This document shows positions 39,218-47,387 of a stretch of DNA of 64,000 nt, piece by piece (position 1 is the first letter of the stretch; each line of letters begins with the position of its first letter). The stretch is from assembly GCA_963809865.1 (NCBI GenBank), contig CAWELL010000009.1, positions 67,263 through 131,262 of the forward strand, written 5' to 3'. Origin of the DNA: an uncultured Acidobacteriaceae bacterium (GTDB taxonomy: Bacteria > Acidobacteriota > Terriglobia > Terriglobales > Acidobacteriaceae). Made by a program: the position numbers and the translations under genes. Under the pieces are notes generated by a model. It was not told the DNA's origin, ran no database searches, and was given only the letters and a program-made list of their open reading frames with translations.

Positions 39218-39943
39218 ATGAAGCGCTGGATTACGGTCACGACACTGCTCGCCGTCAGCTCGCTTGCGGTCTGGGCGCAAGACCAGCCACAGATCACGCC
39301 GCGCGTGGCGCCAACCGCGAAAGAATCGCGGCTCGATCAGCCGGCGACACCCGAACCATCGCAGGCCGTCACGGTGCCGTCCGGAACAAAAATCCCCTTG
39401 ACCTTGAAGCAAGGGATCAGCACGCATAGTGCTCGCGTGGGCGATCCGGTTTACGCGCAGACTGCGTTCCCCATCGTCCAAAACAACAAAATCGTGATTC
39501 CGGAAGGGACCTTTGTTCAGGGCACCATTCGCAGCATCGTGCGCCCGGGAAAAGTGAAGGGCCGCGCGCAATTGCAGATGACCTTCAATTCGATGATCTT
39601 CCCCAACGGCTACACCGTCGTGTTACCGGGTGCTGTCGAGGGAGTGCCGGGATCGGGCGATAGGGCCATGAAGGGCACCGAGGGCACGATTGAGCAATCT
39701 GGAACCAAAGGCAAGGATGCGCAGACGATCGCCGCCACAACCATTCCGGGCGCCGCCATTGGCGCCATCGCCAGCGGCGGAGAAGGAGCGGGCATCGGCG
39801 CCGGAGTGGGCGGCGTTGTGGGATTGGCGACCGTGCTGCTGACGCGCGGGCCTGACGTTGCACTCGGTGCGGGATCGTCAGTCGAGATGGTGTTAGAGCG
39901 AACCATCGAAATCGATCGCGCTCGACAGCACTCAGCTCAGTAA
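39218..39943 (+). CDS. secreted hypothetical protein with C-terminal glycine-zipper segment
   Basis: ATG 39218 (GGAGAGG RBS) with signal peptide MKRWITVTTLLAVSSLAVWAQ. The Gly-rich segment GAAIGAIASGGEGAGIGAGVGGVVGLATVLL lies near the C-terminus. No family assigned. Confidence 0.65.
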   Translation: MKRWITVTTLLAVSSLAVWAQDQPQITPRVAPTAKESRLDQPATPEPSQAVTVPSGTKIPLTLKQGISTHSARVGDPVYAQTAFPIVQNNKIVIPEGTFVQGTIRSIVRPGKVKGRAQLQMTFNSMIFPNGYTVVLPGAVEGVPGSGDRAMKGTEGTIEQSGTKGKDAQTIAATTIPGAAIGAIASGGEGAGIGAGVGGVVGLATVLLTRGPDVALGAGSSVEMVLERTIEIDRARQHSAQ

Positions 39944-42304
39944 AGCAGGTACTTCGCCCTGACCTGCATGAACTGATCCAGCCCATCGCGCCAGTCGTCG
40001 GCAATTCGTCGCGGATCTTCGCCGTTCTGCAACGCTTGTACGACAGCCTGGTTTCCCAGCAAGTCGCGAAAGGTGCGTCATCTCAAACTCTTTCGGATAT
40101 AGCTTGTGCAACGCTGCCGCCAGCTCAATTCCCAACTCCGCCGTATCCAGCGTTTCGCGATCGATGACCAGAATGTCCACACCGCCGCATTGCTGACGCG
40201 CATGTTTGCCTAGAGCCGGAGCGAACTGCACCGGGACAAAGCGTACGCCTTCAATCTTCCGTTCGTTGAGGTACTCGGCGAAGTCAACCGCATGTATCCA
40301 GGGCGCGCCGAGCATCTCATACGCCGATGTCGCTCCCTTGCGTACTGAGATATCCGTTCCCTCCAGCATGGCCACTCCGGAGTAGAGCAGCATCTGCTGC
40401 GAATCGTGCACATCGGGTGCTGGACTCACCCACATCAGGCCGGTCGAATCAAACCAATCCCCGCGCATCCACCCTTTCATGGGAACGACGGTTAGTTTGG
40501 CGCTGATGTTTCGCTCCGCATTCAACAGCTTTGCAAGTTCCGCAACTGTCAAACCGTGGCGAGGGGGAAGAGGGTAAATCGTAGCGCCGCTGTGTCCCGT
40601 ATCGGAAATCGGCCCTTGCACGTAAGCTCCGTTCAGCGGGTTCGGCCTATCCAACACCACAACCGGCTTGCCTGCTTTGGCCGCGGCCTCGAGGAACGGA
40701 CCCAGCGTCGTCGTCAGCGGCGAAACCCGAGCCCCCGTGTCCTGCACATCGATCACGATCACATCGAAATTGCGCAGCGCGTCGGCGGATGGGCGACTGT
40801 CTCCGGCAAGATTGTAGACAGGCGCACCCGTCGCACTGTCTTTGCTGGCGCCGCTTTCGGCAATGCTTCCGTCGATGTCGAAGATGCCAGCCAGGTGCAG
40901 GCCATTGCCGTGGGCGAGGACGTCGATGGTCCGATGTCCCAGACTGTCGATGGCCGCCTGATTGGTTAGCACGCCGATGCGTGGCTTATTGGTTCCGAAC
41001 TGGCGTAGCGCTTCGAAGTCGCTCGACTCCAACTGATCGATCCCGAGCAAGACCCTCCCATTGCGAGCAACGATTCGCCGGCTGGCGGCTGCGGCCTCGT
41101 TGTATCCGGTGATTCGCGACAGCCGATACTTCTGCTCCTGCGGCACGCTCAAGTTCAGGAGGGACGCAACCGCCGTCGCAACTTCAGTACGCAGGGCGAT
41201 GACGGTTCCTTCCTTCAGGTGCACGGCGTTGGTCAGCAAAACGATGTAGCTGTTCGTAGTCGGATCGATCCAGAGCGACGTCCCGGTGAATCCCGAGTGT
41301 CCATAGGAACCGACCGGCAACAGGTCTCCGCGAACGGATGAGAACGGGCTGTCGATGTCCCACCCCAAGCCTCGCACCACCGTGAGGTTCGGGGGCTGCT
41401 GCGGCGTGGTCATCTTCTCGACGATCTCCTTCGACCACACCGGCGAGCCGCCGTTGAGCATCACCTGCGCGAACCTCGCCGTATCGTCAGCAGTCGAGAA
41501 TAGTCCCGCATGACCTGCGACTCCGCCCATCGCTCGAGCCGTCGGATCGTGTACGACCGCGCGCAATACTTCGCCGGTCTTCTCGTTCACCTGAGTGGGC
41601 GCGGTGCGCGCCAGCAGAGTCAACGGCGGAAGGAAACGCGTCGTGTTCATGCCCAGCGGCCCGAAGATAAACGTCTCGGCGTATTGATTCAGCGTTATCC
41701 CGCTCACCTTTTGCACCAGCTCGCCCAGCACGATGAAGTTGATATCGCTGTACAGAAACGTCGAGCCCGGTGGGTTGACGAGCTTCTCGGCGTTCGCCCG
41801 ACGATAACCCTCCTCCATGCCGCTCCACGTGGGACGCAGGTCGAGGTCGGCGCGCAGACCGGAATAGTGCGTCAGCAACTGGCGAATCGTGACCTCTTCT
41901 TTGCCGTTTTGCGCAAAGTCAGGGATGTACTTGGCCACGGGATCATTGAGCTTGATCTGCCCCAGTTGCACCAGGCGCATGATCGATCCCGTGGTCGCCA
42001 TGACTTTCGTCAGCGACGCCATATCGAAGACGGTGTCGACCGTCATCGGCTCCAGTATTGGAGTGACGGCGCGAAAGCCGTAAGCCTTGCGATAGATGAC
42101 CGCGCCGTTGTGGCCGACGATACACACCACACCCGGCGTGAGCTTATTGGAAACCGCGTTCTGCAGTATCAGGTCGAGAGGTACAAAGCGGTCGGGGGCA
42201 CTTTGGGTGGCTGGAGCGGTGCGCTGCGCGAAGCCAGCGACCGAGCACAGCAGCAGAAGAGCAAACGTAGCAAATCGCAAAGAGAGGCGAAGGCGCAAAT
42301 TCAA
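39932..42304 (-). CDS. beta-lactamase-family serine hydrolase fused to DUF1343 (NamZ-like) domain; apparent +1 frameshift ~45 codons before the end
   Basis: The N-terminal half has the SxxK motif (MASLTKVMAT) and YGHSGFTGTSLWIDP. The C-terminal half reads GVLTNQAAID...VVLDRPNPLNG...RHGLTVAELA, which is DUF1343-like. The last 45 aa in frame are Arg-rich junk. The neighbouring frame reads FRDLLGNQAVVQALQNGEDPRRIADDWRDGLDQFMQVRAKYLLY and stops at 39937. Confidence 0.75.
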   Translation of the reverse strand: MNLRLRLSLRFATFALLLLCSVAGFAQRTAPATQSAPDRFVPLDLILQNAVSNKLTPGVVCIVGHNGAVIYRKAYGFRAVTPILEPMTVDTVFDMASLTKVMATTGSIMRLVQLGQIKLNDPVAKYIPDFAQNGKEEVTIRQLLTHYSGLRADLDLRPTWSGMEEGYRRANAEKLVNPPGSTFLYSDINFIVLGELVQKVSGITLNQYAETFIFGPLGMNTTRFLPPLTLLARTAPTQVNEKTGEVLRAVVHDPTARAMGGVAGHAGLFSTADDTARFAQVMLNGGSPVWSKEIVEKMTTPQQPPNLTVVRGLGWDIDSPFSSVRGDLLPVGSYGHSGFTGTSLWIDPTTNSYIVLLTNAVHLKEGTVIALRTEVATAVASLLNLSVPQEQKYRLSRITGYNEAAAASRRIVARNGRVLLGIDQLESSDFEALRQFGTNKPRIGVLTNQAAIDSLGHRTIDVLAHGNGLHLAGIFDIDGSIAESGASKDSATGAPVYNLAGDSRPSADALRNFDVIVIDVQDTGARVSPLTTTLGPFLEAAAKAGKPVVVLDRPNPLNGAYVQGPISDTGHSGATIYPLPPRHGLTVAELAKLLNAERNISAKLTVVPMKGWMRGDWFDSTGLMWVSPAPDVHDSQQMLLYSGVAMLEGTDISVRKGATSAYEMLGAPWIHAVDFAEYLNERKIEGVRFVPVQFAPALGKHARQQCGGVDILVIDRETLDTAELGIELAAALHKLYPKEFEMTHLSRLAGKPGCRTSVAERRRSATNCRRLARWAGSVHAGQGEVPALLS

Positions 42305-42434
42305 GGCGGATCAGGTTCCTGTGTCATCGGGAAAGAAGCACTGCGTCGTATATATAGACGGCTCAGTCTCCGATATATGATCGAGTCCGTATTATAAGGT
42401 TTGGTCAGCGTCCGCGCGGTGGACGACCAAAGGC

Positions 42435-43571
42435 TTGCGTTTGCAATCGTCACCACAATCCGCCAAACCCCTGCTGCCCGCCTATGACGACCAGCAGAAG
42501 CGGTTCGCCCGCGCCTTCGAAATCTTGCGTGAAGCCATCGAACGCCACGCCTTCCCCGCCGCGGCCCTTGCGGTGGCTCACCAGGGCAAGCTTCTCGCAT
42601 CCCACGGCTTCGGCCGTTTCACCTATGACGACGCGGCGCCCACGGTTACGAGCGAGACGGTATTCGACATCGCATCGATCACCAAAGCCGTCGCCACCAC
42701 CAGCATGGCGATGATCCTGTTCGAGCGTGGCGCGCTCAAGCTCGACGCGCCAGTTGCAGACCTGCTGCCCGAGTTTGTAAACCTTAGCCCGCCACATCAG
42801 AAACCGAAGCGCGAAGCAGTCACCGTTCGCATGTTGCTCTCGCACTCCAGCGGACTCCCAGCCTACGAAAAGCTTTTCGAGTTTGCCCACGACAGGAGAG
42901 AGCTGCTGCGCGCCGCCATGACGACTCCGCTGACCACCGCACCCGGCACTCGCGCCGATTACAGCGACATCGGATTCATTCTGCTCGGCGAACTTCTCGA
43001 TCGCCTCGCGGGCGAGCCGCTCGACCAATTTGCCCAACGCGAGATCTTCGACCGGCTGGGCCTCTCGCGAACCTGGTTCATACCGCCGCTGGAGATGCGA
43101 GCGCAAATTCCTCCCACCGAGAATGACCGCGCCTTTCGCAAACGCGTTGTCCAAGGCGAGGTCAACGACGAAAACGCCTGGATCATGGGTGGCGTCAGCG
43201 GGCATGCCGGAATGTTTACTTCGGCACTCGATCTCGCGGCTTTCGCCGAATGCCTCTTGCGAGGAGGCGCGCCGCTGATGAAGCCAGCCACCGTGGCGCT
43301 CTTCACCCGCCGCGAGGAGTCGCCGCGGGGAACGTCACGCGCCTTGGGATGGGATACGCCATCTCATCCTTCGTCATCGGGCACGCGCTTTGCGCCCACG
43401 TCGTATGGACACTTGGGCTTTACCGGCACCTCATTGTGGATCGACCCGAAGCGCCATCTATCGGTAACGCTGCTGACCAACCGCACCTGGCCCGATCGCA
43501 GCTCGCAACTCATCCGTGAGGTTCGGCCGAGGCTGCACGACGCGATAGTGGAGGCACTCGAAGGGACGTGA
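42435..43571 (+). CDS. beta-lactamase-family serine hydrolase (paralogue of the N-terminal half of the upstream fusion)
   Basis: 378-aa ORF with the SxxK motif IASITKAVATT, YSDIGFILLGELL, GHAGMFTSALD and YGHLGFTGTSLWIDP. The start is uncertain (TTG 42435, no early ATG). Confidence 0.75.
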   Translation: MRLQSSPQSAKPLLPAYDDQQKRFARAFEILREAIERHAFPAAALAVAHQGKLLASHGFGRFTYDDAAPTVTSETVFDIASITKAVATTSMAMILFERGALKLDAPVADLLPEFVNLSPPHQKPKREAVTVRMLLSHSSGLPAYEKLFEFAHDRRELLRAAMTTPLTTAPGTRADYSDIGFILLGELLDRLAGEPLDQFAQREIFDRLGLSRTWFIPPLEMRAQIPPTENDRAFRKRVVQGEVNDENAWIMGGVSGHAGMFTSALDLAAFAECLLRGGAPLMKPATVALFTRREESPRGTSRALGWDTPSHPSSSGTRFAPTSYGHLGFTGTSLWIDPKRHLSVTLLTNRTWPDRSSQLIREVRPRLHDAIVEALEGT

Positions 43572-43655
43572 GCCAGGGGACTCCGCTCGCTCTCTCTTTC
43601 CTCGTACAATTGTCACAAGCGCCTGCGTTCGGCGCTCCCCCGATCAGGAATTTTC

Positions 43656-44969
43656 ATGGATAAATTGGTCATTCGCGGTGGCAGCCCGCTGCTGGGCACG
43701 ATTCGCGTGAGCGGCGCAAAAAATGCGGCACTGCCCGCCATGGCGGCCGCCCTGCTCACCGACGACGACGTAATCCTGGAGAACATTCCCCAGGTCCGCG
43801 ACATTGAAACCGAGCGCCGACTATTAGCGGCTATGGGCGCTGAAGTCGAGCTTGGCTATGGCCGCGCGCAGCATCGCACCACTATCAACTGCCGCAACCT
43901 CGCAAATGCCGAGGCTTCCTATGAGCTGGTGAAAACCATGCGCGCCTCAACTCTGGTGCTGGGGCCGCTGGTGGCCCGGATGGGGCACGCTCGCGTCTCG
44001 CTGCCGGGCGGATGCGCCATCGGCGCGCGGCCCATCGATCTGCACCTGAAGGGACTGGAAAAGCTCGGCGCGAAGATCACGCAGGAACACGGCTACATTG
44101 AAGCCCGCGCAGATCGGCTCAAAGGTGCACACATTGTCTTTGAGAAAATTACCGTCACGGGCACGGAAGACTTGCTGATGGCCGCCACTCTCGCCGACGG
44201 TGAAACCGTTCTGGAGAACTGTGCGCTGGAGCCTGAAGTCTCCGATCTGGCTACCCTGCTCAACAAAATGGGTGCGCGCATCGAAGGTGCCGGTACGCAC
44301 ACTATCCGCGTGCGGGGAGTCGTCAAGCTGCACGGTGCGCGTCATCGCATCATTCCCGACCGCATCGAAGCCGGAACCTTCATCGTTGCTGCCGCGCTCA
44401 CCGGAGGCGACCTGATGGTCCAAAGCTGCGATCCTTCGCACCTCGGAGCGCTGCTCAAGAAGCTGTCAGACTGCGGGGTCACCCTGCGCATCAATGGCGA
44501 CTCCGTGCGCGTGATGGGGGATGCTCCGCTGAAGGCTGCTGACATCGCGACAGAAGAGTTTCCCGGCTTCCCCACCGACATGCAGGCTCAGTTCATGACA
44601 CTGGCCACGCAGGCCGAGGGATCCAGCATCGTCACCGAGAACATCTTCGAGAACCGCTTCATGCATGCGCAGGAGTTGGTGCGCATGGGAGCAAACATCA
44701 AGATCGACGGCCGGCGCGCTGTGGTGCGAGGAAAAACTCCGTTGAGTGGAGCGGCGGTGCTGGCCAGCGATCTGCGCGCCTCCGCGTCGTTGGTACTTGC
44801 AGCCTTGGTAGCAGACGGCGAGACCATCATCGACCGCGTTTATCATATCGATCGCGGCTACGAGCGTATCGAAGAGAAGTTGAAAAGTGTGGGAGCGCAA
44901 ATCCGCCGCATCGGTGAGCTGCTCCCCAGGCGTTCCGCCGCGCCGGCAACCAGCGCTGTGGGTCAGTGA
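43656..44969 (+). CDS. murA: UDP-N-acetylglucosamine 1-carboxyvinyltransferase
   Basis: 437-aa ORF starting [27 protein letters not shown]. It has the catalytic loop [15 protein letters not shown] and full-length similarity to MurA as I know it. Confidence 0.95.
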   Translation: MDKLVIRGGSPLLGTIRVSGAKNAALPAMAAALLTDDDVILENIPQVRDIETERRLLAAMGAEVELGYGRAQHRTTINCRNLANAEASYELVKTMRASTLVLGPLVARMGHARVSLPGGCAIGARPIDLHLKGLEKLGAKITQEHGYIEARADRLKGAHIVFEKITVTGTEDLLMAATLADGETVLENCALEPEVSDLATLLNKMGARIEGAGTHTIRVRGVVKLHGARHRIIPDRIEAGTFIVAAALTGGDLMVQSCDPSHLGALLKKLSDCGVTLRINGDSVRVMGDAPLKAADIATEEFPGFPTDMQAQFMTLATQAEGSSIVTENIFENRFMHAQELVRMGANIKIDGRRAVVRGKTPLSGAAVLASDLRASASLVLAALVADGETIIDRVYHIDRGYERIEEKLKSVGAQIRRIGELLPRRSAAPATSAVGQ

Positions 44970-45089
44970 AATAGCTTTCTGGCTTTACGGCCAAAGCCGT
45001 CGATCTTGTCGGTCACGCCGCGTAGCATAAAAAGATAAACCGAACCAACTTAACCCTCCCGTTAAACCCTCGTAGCTGGTAGAATCGAA

Positions 45090-45261
45090 CCGTTGCTACA
45101 GTTGCAACTAAGTTGCATCTAATAATTGCTCCCAATACTTGCAACGTGATTGCAACTAGCAGCTTATCGATTAGGCATCACTGCTAACCGATTGCACAAT
45201 GGGCTCGCCACGCAACTGCCGGATTTTGTTGCACCTTGGTTGCAATTCTCTGCAACCAAGG
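45090..45261 (+). promoter_or_regulatory. array of TTGCA(A/C) motifs plus perfect palindrome overlapping the RBS of the fur-family gene
   Basis: TTGCA occurs at 45102, 45113, 45139, 45150, 45192, 45229 and 45240, and inverted (TGCAA) at 45251. CCTTGGTTGCA-ATTCTC-TGCAACCAAGG spans 45234..45261, 13 nt before ATG 45275. Confidence 0.5.
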
Positions 45262-45274
45262 TGGGAGACATGGA

Positions 45275-45748
45275 ATGCCTTACGCTGAGACAGCTGCTCC
45301 GGGCGCGTTACAAAATGTTTTGTTGAGCCGCGGAATCCGCCTGACCCGGCAGCGCCGTATCATCCTGGAAATCATCGAAACGGCAAAACAACACCTCGAC
45401 GCCGCACAGATTTTGCGCAAGGCTTCCAAGGTAGATCCCACGATCAACCGCGTCACCATCTATCGCACCCTGGCCTTGCTGAAGCGGCAAGGACTGGTCG
45501 ATGAACTGGACTTGCTGCACGTGAAGGGCGAGGGACACTTCTATGAGCGCCGCCCGCAGCGCGATCACATGCATATGACCTGCCTGCGTTGCGGAAAAGT
45601 TCAGGAGTTTGAGAGCGACTCTGTTCGATCGCGTGAAGGGGCAGGTAGAGCGCGATTGCCACTTTCACATTCTTATCGCACGCTTCGAGATCGGTGGCTA
45701 CTGCGCGAGTTGCAGGAAATGAAGCGCTCTTTCCGATTGTCATCCTGA
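45275..45748 (+). pseudogene. Fur-family transcriptional regulator with apparent +1 frameshift after codon ~115
   Basis: The wHTH region is LTRQRRIILEIIETAKQHLDAAQILRK...VTIYRTLALLKRQGLV. The metal motif is HMHMTCLRCGKVQEFESD. After 45619 the annotated frame becomes unrelated. Skipping nt 45620 gives LFDRVKGQVERDCHFHILIARFEIGGYCASCRK and a stop at 45720..45722, which is the canonical Fur C-terminus with a second CxxC. Confidence 0.7.
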
Positions 45749-45769
45749 GCGAAGCGAAGGACCTGCTTT
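45738..45769 (+). repeat. solo half-copy of the TGTCATCCTGAGCG-AGCGAAGGACCTGCTTT repeat
   Basis: 31/32 identical to 48874..48905. No inverted partner nearby. Confidence 0.7.
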
Positions 45770-45794
45770 CGTGGGCGGCGCAACGGTGCTCGCT

Positions 45795-46079
45795 CTACTC
45801 CGAACCCGCTACCAAATCCGAGTACTCCGGGTGTCGTTCCAAGTACGACGACACGAACGGACACCGAGCCACGACCTTCAGGTGGTTGTCGCGCGCGTAA
45901 TTCAGGGCCGCTTTGGCAAGCTGGCCGCCAATTCCCTTCCCTTCCATCTCCGCCGGAACTTCCGTGTGAACCAGATAGATGGTGTCGCCGTCTTGCTTGT
46001 ACGTGAGCACAGCGGTTGCTTCGCCCAGATGGACAGCAAAGCGGCGGAAGTTCTTCTCGTGCTGGACTTGAGAATCCAT
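45795..46079 (-). CDS. small GNAT-like N-acetyltransferase (YjdJ type)
   Basis: ORF trimmed to MDSQVQHEKNFRRF (AGGAG RBS). It has IYLVHTEVPAEMEGKGIGGQLAKAALNYARDNHLKVVARCPFV, typical of PF14542-type GNATs. Confidence 0.7.
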   Translation of the reverse strand: MDSQVQHEKNFRRFAVHLGEATAVLTYKQDGDTIYLVHTEVPAEMEGKGIGGQLAKAALNYARDNHLKVVARCPFVSSYLERHPEYSDLVAGSE

Positions 46080-46112
46080 AGTCTCCTGATTGTGATGCCA
46101 AAGTCGGGCGGA

Positions 46113-46148
46113 GTGCCCCACTCATTCCTGCATTTGGAATGAGTGGGA
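46113..46148 (+). repeat. REP hairpin, variant CCCACTCATTCC
   Basis: GTGCCCCACTCATTCC-TGCATTT-GGAATGAGTGGGA has a 12-bp perfect stem and sits between the GNAT and aldolase genes. Confidence 0.8.
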
Positions 46149-46227
46149 TTTATATCGAGGTTGAATCTGCGCTCCCGCACATTCGAAAACAGCGAATGTG
46201 TCGGGGCACTCAAACTGAATGTGAATG

Positions 46228-47226
46228 CTACCGCCCTGCCGCTGCGGGCTCTTGCACCTCATAGATGCTGTACCACGGCGTGGCAGCCTTCAGTGCGTTG
46301 TTCACGTTGTTGATGTTGGCAACGCCCTCGGTCTCGAGCCACTTGCGGAAGGCATCCACGCCCTTCTCGGCAAAGATCGGGATGCCGTCCTTCCAGGTGG
46401 CGCGGCCGCAGAGCACGCCATTGAACTTCACGCCCGACTCCGCCGCAAACTCCAGGTCCTCGATGAACTCCGGATTGCTCACGCCCGCCGACAAATAGAT
46501 GAACGGCTTGCTGGTCGTGCCGGCGGCAGCGCGATAGTGATTCAGCGCCTCAGCTTTCGTATAGGCCTTGGTTCCCTTGAACGACTTCGCGCCTTCCACG
46601 AATTGCAGGTTCACCGGAATTTCGACTTTCAGCACGTCCACGTTGTAGCGGTCCTTGGAAAACTCTTCCATCGACTTCGCCACCACCTCCGGCTTCAGCT
46701 TGGCGAATTCCGCCCCTTTCTCATCGACACCTTCCTTGTAGCCCACCAGCTCGAGGAAGAAGGGAATATCGTTGGCCTTGCATTCGTCGCCTACGCGCTC
46801 GGTCCAGGCATGCTTGTGGTCATTAATCTTCTGCTCGTCGTACGGCGAATAGTAGAGCAGAATCTTCACGCAATCGGCGCCCGCTTCCTTCAGGCGCTTT
46901 GCTGACCACAGATCCAGCAGGTCAGGCAAACGGCCGGGGAGGGTCTTGTCGTAACCGGTCTTCTCGTAAGCAAGCAGCAGCCCCGAGCCCTTGGCGCGGC
47001 GTCTGGCTGCGGGCAGTCCCCACTCGGGATCGAGCAGGATAGCGCTGGCGTGCTTGGTCAGCACTTCGGTTACGTTAATCTTGAATTGCTCCAGGCCGTC
47101 ATCGGTGGCGTACTGGCCAAGCGCCTTCTTCAAAGAACCACGCTGATCCATGGCTGCGGCTGCGATCACACCGCGATCATTCGAAACATTTTTGATGCCG
47201 GTTAATTTTCCAGGGGTAAGCTTCAT
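46228..47226 (-). CDS. class I aldolase, tagatose-1,6-bisphosphate aldolase (LacD)-like
   Basis: 332-aa ORF. MKLTPGKLTGIKNVSNDRGVIAAAAMDQRGSLKKAL resembles the LacD N-terminus, and the fold is a TIM-barrel-like alternation. Confidence 0.65.
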   Translation of the reverse strand: MKLTPGKLTGIKNVSNDRGVIAAAAMDQRGSLKKALGQYATDDGLEQFKINVTEVLTKHASAILLDPEWGLPAARRRAKGSGLLLAYEKTGYDKTLPGRLPDLLDLWSAKRLKEAGADCVKILLYYSPYDEQKINDHKHAWTERVGDECKANDIPFFLELVGYKEGVDEKGAEFAKLKPEVVAKSMEEFSKDRYNVDVLKVEIPVNLQFVEGAKSFKGTKAYTKAEALNHYRAAAGTTSKPFIYLSAGVSNPEFIEDLEFAAESGVKFNGVLCGRATWKDGIPIFAEKGVDAFRKWLETEGVANINNVNNALKAATPWYSIYEVQEPAAAGR

Positions 47227-47387
47227 GGCAAAAACCTCCAGGGCTGAGATGTGCCCGTTATGAATTTGTGCGTGCGACTGCGGAGAATGGCTGGTCCGAG
47301 GCCGTCGAACCCTTGATTCTAAATGAACGGCTCCGACGCAGCGAAGGGTTATGTTGAGAGCGGTGCCAGCCGCCCGAAGGTGCTAAG

